Part shown: piece after piece, positions 47,417-55,958 of the stretch | How positions within the stretch are numbered: the first letter of the stretch is position 1 | Layout: the number at the start of each line of letters is the position of its first letter | Assembly: GCA_964533575.1 (NCBI GenBank) | Contig: CAZHMG010000001.1 | Coordinates: forward strand, 11,385-75,384 | Reading direction: 5' to 3' | Source of the DNA: an uncultured Thermoleophilia bacterium | Lineage (GTDB): Bacteria; Actinomycetota; Thermoleophilia; UBA2241 | Length of the DNA stretch: 64,000 nt | The notes under the pieces: model-generated | Databases searched by the model: none | Told to the model about the DNA's origin: nothing | The model's input: the letters and a program-made list of their open reading frames with translations, nothing else | Made by a program: the position numbers and the translations under genes

Positions 47417-48571
47417 GTGAGCGAGCACTGGCAGGTACTTGAGTACGAGGGGCCAGGCTGGCAGGCGCGGCTTGAGCGCGATTGGCTGCGCCTCTACGCC
47501 TCGATGCCCTTGCGTACCGTCTACGACAGCCACCACGCGCATCGTCTCTACGCCCGTCACCTCATGCCGGCCAGCCACCGGCTGCGCTACTTCGGCCTCT
47601 CCGACGGCGAGCGCGTGCGCGCGATCTGCCCGCTGGAAGCGACCGTCGACCACGGCCTGGGCATCCCAACGGCGGTCCTGAGCACTCCCTACCACTTCCA
47701 CCACTGGCCCTTCTCCGACATCATCTGCCCTGAAGACGCCGCCAGGGCAGCGTTCATTCCCGAGCTGGTCCGCCACCTTCGCGGGAGCGGCGAACGCCGC
47801 CTGCTCCTGCTCGGTCCGGTTCCCATCAGGTCGCAGCTCTGGAACGGCCTCAGAGAGCTTCGGCCGTACCGCTACTGCGCCTACGTGTCACACACCGCCG
47901 CCGTCATTGACTGTCGGATCAGGTACGAGGACCTGCTCGCGGGGCTGCCGGGGAAGTTCCGCAGGGAGGTCCTCCGGAAGCGGCGCCGGCTGAACGCGCT
48001 GCCCGAGGTGCAGTACACATGGGCGTCCGCGGAGCCCGAGCTGTCGCAGGAATTCGAGCACTTCCTGGCGCTCGAGGCATCGGGCTGGAAGGCCACGGCC
48101 GGCAACGTCATCAAGTTCCAGCCTGAAGTCGAAGCCTTCTACCGCGGGCTCCTGACGCTCAACGACGCCGGCGATCACGTCACCATGCTGGGCATCTCCA
48201 CGGACGGGCACTGCATCGCCGCCCAATTCGCCGTCCACACCGGACAACAGCTCCTGGAGGTGAAGACGGCGTACGACGAAGCCTTTACGAGCGTCGGTCC
48301 GGGCCAGGAACTCATGCGCGCGTTTCTCGAGCACTGCTGCGGTGACCCGAGCATCACGATCCTCAACATGATCGCGGCCTCGAGGTGGCTGCAGGACTGG
48401 CAGCCGCAGCTGGTGACCATGGGCAGAGCCTACATAGCGCTCGAGGGCGTCGAGAGCCTGGCATGGATCAGGGCCTTGTCGGTGAGGTACGGAAGCGCGC
48501 GACCGCTGCTCCACCGGATTCGCGAGAAGGTGAACAGCAGCCGTCGCGTGCCCGCCGGCCATGACCAATGA
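47417..48571 (+). CDS. GNAT family N-acetyltransferase (CelD/BcsL-like, Acetyltransf_6)
   Basis: KFRREVLRKRRRL, FLALEASGWK, FYRGL and KTAYDEAFTSVGPGQEL; GAGAGG RBS before GTG 47417. Confidence 0.82.
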   Translation: MSEHWQVLEYEGPGWQARLERDWLRLYASMPLRTVYDSHHAHRLYARHLMPASHRLRYFGLSDGERVRAICPLEATVDHGLGIPTAVLSTPYHFHHWPFSDIICPEDAARAAFIPELVRHLRGSGERRLLLLGPVPIRSQLWNGLRELRPYRYCAYVSHTAAVIDCRIRYEDLLAGLPGKFRREVLRKRRRLNALPEVQYTWASAEPELSQEFEHFLALEASGWKATAGNVIKFQPEVEAFYRGLLTLNDAGDHVTMLGISTDGHCIAAQFAVHTGQQLLEVKTAYDEAFTSVGPGQELMRAFLEHCCGDPSITILNMIAASRWLQDWQPQLVTMGRAYIALEGVESLAWIRALSVRYGSARPLLHRIREKVNSSRRVPAGHDQ

Positions 48572-48943
48572 TCGACAGAAGAAGCGTGGAGCAGAGAATC
48601 GTGACTCCACGCGCCTCTTCGGTCTGAAGGGAAGACGTCATGAACAAGCCGCTTGGGACAGGTGCCCACAGGAGTGAACCCCAACGCGCGGCCGACGATC
48701 ACGAGGGCCTGACCGGCCGTTGCTGCGCATCTCTTGCGCCGCTCACGCCGCTCTTCTCGCGCACCTCCTCGGGCGCCCACGCCGCCCCATCCACTTCGTG
48801 CGCGACCATGCGGCTGTCGGAGACGCTACGAGTAGAGATGGTGTTGCCTTTCGTAGGCGACACTGCCGCGTGCAATGGATGCAGGCGACTGACCTTGGAG
48901 CATTGGAGAGGGACTTGAACAAGCCTGAGCCGCCCGTCCCTGC

Positions 48944-50596
48944 TCAGATCAGGTTGCCGGGGGGGCGGTCCTCGGGGCGGCTCTCTGCGGCCCAGCGACG
49001 GTAGTCGGCGGCGCGCCGACGGCCCTCCGGTGTCGCACACGCGCCGCCCTCCGACGTGCAGAGGAGCTCTCGCGGCAGGCTGCGTCCGAGCGTGTCGACG
49101 ACGTCGAGCGCTTCGTGCAGCGGGAGGACGGCCTCGTGGCCGGCAAGCGCTAGATCGGCGAAGACGTGGGCCATGCACGTGGCCGCGAGGACCCGGCTGC
49201 GGCACGGCTGGCAAAGACCACCCGGGATAGGATCGCACGGCATGCCGGTGAACGCCTGGAGCGTCAGCGACGCCGCGTCCTCCGCCTGTCCGGGCGAGCC
49301 TCCGACCATCTCGACGATACCGGCCGCCGCCATGGCGCCGCAGACACCTGCCTCCCCGGAACACCCGACCACCTCGCCGGTCGGCTCCGTGCGGGTGAAG
49401 GCGATCGCTCCGACGCCGGCGGCGACGAAGAGGCCGCGCAGCAGATCGTCGTCGGTGAGGCCCCGGGCCTCTTGCACGGCGTTCAGGGCGGCGTAGACGT
49501 AGCCGCCACCGCCGCCCATGGGGCCGGGCACGGTCTTGACGCCGGGGATCCCGGCGCCGGCCCCGTAGGCCCAGCGGATCGTGGCAGCCGTGAGCGGGTC
49601 GACCAGCGCCTTTCCGTGTCGTTGATGCAGCGCCCAGCGTGTCGCGAAGTCGGGCTTGAAGGGCCCTGTCGGGACCTGGACACCCTCATCGTACGCGGCG
49701 CGGGTCTGGCGCCGCATGAGGCTCGCCAGCGACCGCATGGTGGCCAGCACCCTCTCCCTCGACCACCCGGATGCGTCCATCTCGTACTGCAGCGCGACCT
49801 CGCTCAGCGGGACTCCTCGCTCCGCCGCGATCTCGCGCCAGCGCGTCATCGTGGCGAAGAGCTGCGGCCGGCGGGCCGCGGACCTCAGCACCGGCAAGAC
49901 CGGACGCAGCAGAGCCACGCGGCCGGCATGGCCCTCGCGCGTGAGATGGCCACGCACGGCGCCCGCGTCGGCCTCGGCGGCGAGCCGGAACACGTGCAGG
50001 CGGGCGCCGCCCCCCTCCTCTACCGTCTCGTCGCTGAGAACTGCAGGCAGCCGATCGCGAACCGCGGCAAGCTGCCGCGCGCCCAAGGTTCCGGCGGGGT
50101 CGAACACCAGGAGCACGGCCTCGTCGCCGGACGTCCGCAGCGGGAAGCCGTCGACGAGCAGCGTCTCGACCATGCCGCCGCCTGTCGACGTCCCCAGCAG
50201 GCTCACCTCACGGCCGTCCGCGGCGGTGAGGACGAAGTTCATGGCATTGGGATGGTCGCTCCCGGCGAGCCGGATGAACGAGAATTCGACCGCCAGACCT
50301 GCCTCCTCGGCGAGCGCAAGAGAATGGAAGAGACGCTCGTCGTCGGGGGCAAGGCCGAGCACGCCGGCCACCATGGCACGGTCCTCGGCCATGATCCCGA
50401 ACGTCCCGGCAAACGACCCCTGCGCGTCCAGCTCGATCCGCGCCCGCACCGGCGGCTCTCCCAGGAGATCGCGGGCGAGGTTGCCGAGACGGCACGGCGC
50501 GGCCGTGTGCGAGCTCGAGCCGGGCTGCATGACAGGCCCGAAGACATCGTTGAAGAACTCCGGATAGGTCTCGGCCTCGTTGATCAGTGTCCCTAT
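48944..50596 (-). CDS. Fe-S-dependent L-serine dehydratase-like protein, fused beta, ACT-like and alpha domains (divergent)
   Basis: FNDVFGPVMQPGSSSHTA, GSFA, HPN and STGGG (beta); GCSGE, CDP and QPC cluster cysteines (alpha). Start uncertain: homology begins near 50596 but no ATG lies there. Confidence 0.8.
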   Translation of the reverse strand: MGTLINEAETYPEFFNDVFGPVMQPGSSSHTAAPCRLGNLARDLLGEPPVRARIELDAQGSFAGTFGIMAEDRAMVAGVLGLAPDDERLFHSLALAEEAGLAVEFSFIRLAGSDHPNAMNFVLTAADGREVSLLGTSTGGGMVETLLVDGFPLRTSGDEAVLLVFDPAGTLGARQLAAVRDRLPAVLSDETVEEGGGARLHVFRLAAEADAGAVRGHLTREGHAGRVALLRPVLPVLRSAARRPQLFATMTRWREIAAERGVPLSEVALQYEMDASGWSRERVLATMRSLASLMRRQTRAAYDEGVQVPTGPFKPDFATRWALHQRHGKALVDPLTAATIRWAYGAGAGIPGVKTVPGPMGGGGGYVYAALNAVQEARGLTDDDLLRGLFVAAGVGAIAFTRTEPTGEVVGCSGEAGVCGAMAAAGIVEMVGGSPGQAEDAASLTLQAFTGMPCDPIPGGLCQPCRSRVLAATCMAHVFADLALAGHEAVLPLHEALDVVDTLGRSLPRELLCTSEGGACATPEGRRRAADYRRWAAESRPEDRPPGNLI

Positions 50597-51030
50597 CAGT
50601 GTCCTGACTCCCCCGGGAGATGCGCGGACGGGAAGAGGATCCCTGTCCGGTCCGGCGCTCGCCGCGTGCTGTTGAGGCCGGGGTTGAGCGCTTGCCGGCG
50701 ACCCAGCGCCCACTCCCGGCACCGCCCACAGATGCGCGTCCAGGGTCTTCCCCGCAACCTCAAGCCCCGCCTGCCGGGACTCCTCGTACGGCAGCCCGAA
50801 GCGACGCAGAACGCATCGTACTCCTCGTCGGCACCGTGAGGGCATCGAACTCAGCGGACGACGACTCACAGCCTCTGTCGCCGCCGTATGCCAGATCACC
50901 GACTCTTTCTCTCGGAATCGAGACCCTCATCTACATCGCGGTTGGCATGATCAGTTACTCGATGTTTGATGCTCTTAGCAGAGTGCAGTATCGTGCTCCG
51001 CACGTCGTGGTCCTACCCGTGTGACCTCAA

Positions 51031-52053
51031 GTGACTGAAAGGGGTTACGTGAACCCAACCGGCGGCATGCGTGCTCAGGCGGGACTCATGGTTCTGCTCG
51101 TGGCGCTTGTCTGCTGCTCCCACGCCCGATCAATCGCCTTCCTGTTCCCTCTCGTGGCTCTTCTCTCGTGGCTCTACCTCGACATCCATTACGCCCTATC
51201 CTTGGGAGCCTCGACGCGATCGGACAGACGCGAGCGGCTCGATCGCGTGGTTACCGTGCAAACCGCGACGGTCGTGGGCGTGCCAATGGCTCTCTACGCG
51301 GCTACCACGCTTCTCGCCGCTCCCAAGCTCGACGACTGGTCGTTCGCGGTCATCGTCACTGCACTGGCGGTCATGGACACCATCGCGTACCTCTCAAGCT
51401 TGGTCGACTGGTACTACACGAGAACTCGCGTCGACGGAATCGTCTGCTACCCGCCGTGTATTCACTCATCGCGTGAGTCTGACGAGGTGAGAAATCGACG
51501 CTGGCAGAGCGTGACGAGACGCTGGTACATGCACCGAAGCGTAGCTTGGCTGGTCGGTGTTGTCTCGGCGATTGTTGCCGTGGCTGGCGGCGCTAACATC
51601 GTGCTTTCCCTTGCGAGCATCGCCGAGGACAACAAGCTGTTCGCCATTCTCGTCGGCATCGTTCCCGCCATCATCGGCATCATCATCGCGTCGCCATCAG
51701 AGTATGTGTCGAACCACGGCAAGGCCGTCTCTGCATGGTGGTCGCCGCCACTCATCTTCGTTGGCGACGTCATCGACCTGGGCGATGACCGGCGATGGTA
51801 TGTCCGCGACATAGCCGTCGACCGTATGACTCTGGTTCTGCTCGACCCACCTGATGGAGACACGATCGTCAAGCACTACTCCCTGCGAAGCGTGGATCAC
51901 GACTTCCGGCGCAAGATCAAGAACGTCAGCCCTTGCAGCACCGACGCGTGCAGGCGGATCAATCAGGACGCACAGGGTTGTCAGTGCGACTTCGATGACA
52001 CGCGACTCAGGCATGGTGGCAGCGCGGCACCACGGCATGTCCTGATCCTCTGA
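51031..52053 (+). CDS. Hypothetical multi-pass membrane protein with Cys-rich C-terminus
   Basis: About six hydrophobic segments; more A/T-ending codons than core genes; C-terminal CSTDAC...CQC. Confidence 0.7.
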   Translation: MTERGYVNPTGGMRAQAGLMVLLVALVCCSHARSIAFLFPLVALLSWLYLDIHYALSLGASTRSDRRERLDRVVTVQTATVVGVPMALYAATTLLAAPKLDDWSFAVIVTALAVMDTIAYLSSLVDWYYTRTRVDGIVCYPPCIHSSRESDEVRNRRWQSVTRRWYMHRSVAWLVGVVSAIVAVAGGANIVLSLASIAEDNKLFAILVGIVPAIIGIIIASPSEYVSNHGKAVSAWWSPPLIFVGDVIDLGDDRRWYVRDIAVDRMTLVLLDPPDGDTIVKHYSLRSVDHDFRRKIKNVSPCSTDACRRINQDAQGCQCDFDDTRLRHGGSAAPRHVLIL

Positions 52054-52105
52054 GTACGCGCGTGTTCCTCGGCGCCCCCGCTACGACGCAGCCCCGCGCC
52101 CGGCC

Positions 52106-53515
52106 TCACCACGTCCGCCCCGCCCTGCTCATGTACGTCCAGATGCTGTGGTCAAGCCGGGAGGCGGAGACGCCGAGGAGGCTCGCGGCTTGCGTGATCG
52201 TCGCGCGAGCCTCCTCGTAGTCGCGCGCCTGGACTCCGGCTCGCTCGAGGAAGCGCAGCAGATGGACGTCGACTGCGGCCGTGTCCTGCTCGCCGCAGAG
52301 GATCTTGAAGTAGTCGATGGTCTTCGGTCCGATGCCGCGCACGCCGGCCAGCTTGTCGGCGTTGGCGCGGCACTCCGTCCCCTCGCTGCAGAGCCAGCGT
52401 CGCAGGTCCGCCTCGGTCTCGACACCTTCGGCGATGAACAGCTCGGCCACCGCCTGCATGCGGCCCAGCTTCTCCGGGTGCGTCCAGCGCACGACCTCTT
52501 CCCCACCGCGCTCATGCAACAGCGTGAGGAAGCCCGAGGTCGTGGCCGCCTCAGGGAACGTCGCCATGACGTGCTGCACCCGCGGCCAGACGACCGTCTC
52601 GTAGCGAAGTCCGGACTGCAGGACCGCGTCCGTGATTGTCGCGCCCATGTGGTTGTAGGGCAGCGCGAGGTCCTCGACCATCTCGAAGTCGGGAAGGCCG
52701 GCGATGAAAGCCGCCACGCGTTCGGCATCGATGGAGTCCTGCTGCCCCTGTTCGCTGCCGCGGTCCTCTGCACCGACGCCGGGCCGCTGCTCAGGCTTCG
52801 GGGTGAGGCGCAGCCCAGCCGTCGGCGCCCAGATCCAGCCCTCGATGCGAGCGGTCTCGAGGTCGTCCGGCGGCACAGCACATCCCAGGAGGAAGTCGGC
52901 CGCGGCCAGCACGCAGACGCAGGCGTCGACCGCATCGGCATTCGCGAGCTGCGCCTGTCCAAGGCAAGAGCAGTCGAGCACATCGGACAAGCCCTCCAGG
53001 CAGCCGCCACGGTCCGGCGCCCCATGGGCGATGCGCGTGGCGGCCGGGTACACCTCGATCGCCCGCCACGGCTCGGCCTCGTCTACCTGCCAGGCCAGCG
53101 GCAACGGGCTACCGGTACGGTCACGAAGCTCATCCAATAGCGCCAAGGCAGCGACGGCAGTACGAGCGATCAAATTGGCGCCGACCTCGAGCGGCTGCTT
53201 TCCGAGACGGGCGCGTATGGCGCGCTCGGTGTCGCGCGTGAACAGCGCGTTGGATTGGGCGGGCACCACCTGCCCGGCGCGGTGGCCGGCCAGCGATTCG
53301 GCCAACGGTCGCGGCCACCCGAGAGGTGCGTCGAGGGCGATGAGCACATCGTCGGCATCGCGAAGCCATTCCGCGGCAATTGCGGCGGCAGGCCGCGATG
53401 GACTCGCGACGGTGCACTGCTTGACGCAAACGCGCCCTTCATCGAGGACACCCAGTGCGAGGCCGGTCTTGTTCGGCTGCGTCGCGCAGTCGATGCCGAG
53501 CAGCAGTGTCGTCAC
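52106..53515 (-). CDS. DUF429 (RNase H-like predicted nuclease) fused to an HhH-GPD-like DNA glycosylase domain
   Basis: N-half: LGIDCA, IALDAPLGWP, RDTE, IEVYPAA, DAVDA, EGWIWAP. C-half: HMGATITDAVLQSG, HhH GVRGIGPKT, AVDVH, LDHSIW. Confidence 0.78.
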   Translation of the reverse strand: MTTLLLGIDCATQPNKTGLALGVLDEGRVCVKQCTVASPSRPAAAIAAEWLRDADDVLIALDAPLGWPRPLAESLAGHRAGQVVPAQSNALFTRDTERAIRARLGKQPLEVGANLIARTAVAALALLDELRDRTGSPLPLAWQVDEAEPWRAIEVYPAATRIAHGAPDRGGCLEGLSDVLDCSCLGQAQLANADAVDACVCVLAAADFLLGCAVPPDDLETARIEGWIWAPTAGLRLTPKPEQRPGVGAEDRGSEQGQQDSIDAERVAAFIAGLPDFEMVEDLALPYNHMGATITDAVLQSGLRYETVVWPRVQHVMATFPEAATTSGFLTLLHERGGEEVVRWTHPEKLGRMQAVAELFIAEGVETEADLRRWLCSEGTECRANADKLAGVRGIGPKTIDYFKILCGEQDTAAVDVHLLRFLERAGVQARDYEEARATITQAASLLGVSASRLDHSIWTYMSRAGRTW

Positions 53516-54453
53516 ACGTCACCTCTCTGCGCAAAGGTCGCCTCTGACCGCACCGCTCTCCCCCACTGCCTAAGCCAAGTCTCCTGAATCGCGCTGTAGA
53601 GGAGCTGGACGTCGGTCTGAAGTCCAATGTTTGCGGTCCAACCCGGCGTCTGCTCGTCGTTGCGAACGCATCGCTGCAACCAGAAGAGCGCGCAGCGCAG
53701 CTCGGCGAACGAGCTCTCGAAGCATCCGCCCTCACGAAAGCGTTGCCACACATCCTCAGCGATGCCGGGACACTTCCGACGAACCGCCGCGGCATAGCGG
53801 TAGCCATCGAATGCCTGACCGTACTCGGCAAGGATCAGGCGCCAGTCGGTGAGCGAGGGAGCCGGAGGCCGCCAGAGATCGTCGATGCAGTGCATGACGA
53901 TGGCTCGCAGGTCGCGCAGTCGCCGCGACAGATCGTTACTGGGCAGATGGTCAAGGTTCAGTGGCGGCTGCCGGGCGACCACCACCTCTTCCTCAAGCTC
54001 CGCCAAGTGCTCGCCGGAATGCACAGGATGGACGGCGACGCACAGATGCTCCCGCATCCATTCGCCGAGCCTTGCCTCCGACGACTGCTCGAGCTTTCTG
54101 GGTCCTACGACGTCGAGCGCAAGCGGTCCGAGCAGGATCGATGCGAGGGTTCGTCGCAAGGTCGAACCCCGCACGCGGCCCCGCAGGTGATTCCCGCCGA
54201 TGCGCGATCCGAGAGTGGATGCACTTGGCGTGTGCGCCTTCGATGAGGCTGCCCCGGCCTGGCCCACGTAGATGAGTCCCGCCGGCAGTTCGATGCCCAG
54301 GCCGCAACTGAGATGGTCAGCGCCTTCGACATCAACCCGCCAAGCGTACAGGCCGGGCTGGTCGAGTCCCTCGAGCCTGCCCGGCCAGTCCCTGGCCGCA
54401 ATCCACATACCGCTCACGCCGAACGCATCGAGCGCTTCACTAGCAGGCGTCAT
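53512..54453 (-). CDS. GIY-YIG-like nuclease with an extra C-terminal helical domain
   Basis: PGLYAW, LIYVGQAG, TLGSRI...H, STLRRTL, LEEEVV and PPLN; GTGA overlap with the downstream gene. Confidence 0.75.
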   Translation of the reverse strand: MTPASEALDAFGVSGMWIAARDWPGRLEGLDQPGLYAWRVDVEGADHLSCGLGIELPAGLIYVGQAGAASSKAHTPSASTLGSRIGGNHLRGRVRGSTLRRTLASILLGPLALDVVGPRKLEQSSEARLGEWMREHLCVAVHPVHSGEHLAELEEEVVVARQPPLNLDHLPSNDLSRRLRDLRAIVMHCIDDLWRPPAPSLTDWRLILAEYGQAFDGYRYAAAVRRKCPGIAEDVWQRFREGGCFESSFAELRCALFWLQRCVRNDEQTPGWTANIGLQTDVQLLYSAIQETWLRQWGRAVRSEATFAQRGDV

Positions 54454-54661
54454 CGCACCATCGATTCGTCATCGAGCAGGAAGCCTCCCCCTATCAACGT
54501 CTGCGACTGCGAGCAGCAGAGTAGCAGCACGACGAGACGGCAATCCACACCAGGTGTCCAGGTGTAAATCCCCGTGGCGCGCCAGCCACCGTCGTCTGAC
54601 AAGTGATCACATGACACGGCTAGCCAGAACCGCAGCCGCCGGAGACAGCCCTCGGATGCCA

Positions 54662-55759
54662 TCACATCTGTGCAGCAGGGTCATCGATTCGCTCCTCCTT
54701 GAGCTTAGCCGCCTCGCGATAGGCATCACTCAGGATCGCGAGAACCTTGTCATCGACGAAAGGAGCAGCGCGTCCGACGCTCACCTCGATGCCCGTCGCC
54801 GCCTCAACCGGCTCGATCGAACTCGGGGCGCGTCGCTCGAATACGCTGCGCCAAAGACTCAACGACGCCCGGCCATTCTCGTTCCAGATCGTCACCAATC
54901 CGACATCGTCTCCGAGGACTGCGGGGCGAAGCACCTTGCGACCAGTCACGCCCGTCGTGGTCGTCAGACTGGCGATCCCCTCGCGCTGCAGGCTCACAGC
55001 CCAGTCAGCCAGCTTCTTCAGAAGGGGGCGCTCGGACGCCGGCGCAAGTTCAATTGCAGAGATGAAGTCATCAGCACCCCGTGTCGTGACCGGGCCGGGG
55101 CCGCCAGCATTCGCGGCATCTGCGCTCTGAGGCTCGACGCGTTCGGGCTCCACGCGCTGGGGCACAATCACTCGCGCTCCGCCGACCTCGTACTGTGCCA
55201 CCGTGACGAGATCAATGACGACGCCCGCAGCGATGTCTTCAAGGTAGCCGACCAGACTCACCAACTCAGGTGGAGCATCGTCCAGCACCCAGACGAGCCG
55301 AAAGGCCCCGCCGTTGAGACTCTCCTGCATCGCTCCGCGAAACACAGCGCCGTCCAGCTCAGCATCCTGGAACTCGCGCGAGGCCAACCCCGCGATCGTC
55401 GCGGCCCCACGATCGTGCAGATGCCGCGCCAGTGTACCCACCTCGAATCCGCCCAGAGAAACACCACGCAGGAATGATGCATACGAGAGCAGCTGTGCAA
55501 CGACGGCTCGACGTGCCTCCGAGTTGCTCGCCAGCTTGACCTCGATGAGGACGAAGCGGCCAGTACGCTCAAGAGCCAAGACATCGGCCGTGCCGTTGCC
55601 GAGGGTGACCTCGCTACCCAGAACGATCATCTCTGGAGAACCGGCAAGCGGCAGGAGCTCAGGCGTCGAGGCAACTAGCTGATGCAGTTCTCGTTCATTC
55701 GGAAAGCCTGCAGACTCTAAGCGCTCATAACCGCCCGCAGCTTGTCGCCATATCGCCAT
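54662..55759 (-). CDS. NucS/DUF91-like PD-(D/E)XK endonuclease
   Basis: ERELH...PELL, ADVLAL...VLIEVK and AVVAQLLSYA motifs. Confidence 0.78.
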   Translation of the reverse strand: MAIWRQAAGGYERLESAGFPNERELHQLVASTPELLPLAGSPEMIVLGSEVTLGNGTADVLALERTGRFVLIEVKLASNSEARRAVVAQLLSYASFLRGVSLGGFEVGTLARHLHDRGAATIAGLASREFQDAELDGAVFRGAMQESLNGGAFRLVWVLDDAPPELVSLVGYLEDIAAGVVIDLVTVAQYEVGGARVIVPQRVEPERVEPQSADAANAGGPGPVTTRGADDFISAIELAPASERPLLKKLADWAVSLQREGIASLTTTTGVTGRKVLRPAVLGDDVGLVTIWNENGRASLSLWRSVFERRAPSSIEPVEAATGIEVSVGRAAPFVDDKVLAILSDAYREAAKLKEERIDDPAAQM

Positions 55760-55958
55760 CAGCAGTCACCTGCGACATACGCGCGCCCGCGCCGACGAAA
55801 CCTGTGGACCTGACCATTCATGGTTGAGTCTTGCGCAAGACCGTCTCGCGATCTTGCGCTGTCTTCCCGAAGACTACGTCGATCAGCGCAGAACCCCCCC
55901 ATTCAACTCGGCATACGCGAACAGACAGCGAGGCCGGTGATGATTCTCCAGTCGAGTA

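Noticed and set aside
50700-50899. N-terminal extension of the serine dehydratase ORF
   Set aside because: No dehydratase similarity; may be a remnant of another gene, but I could not assign it.
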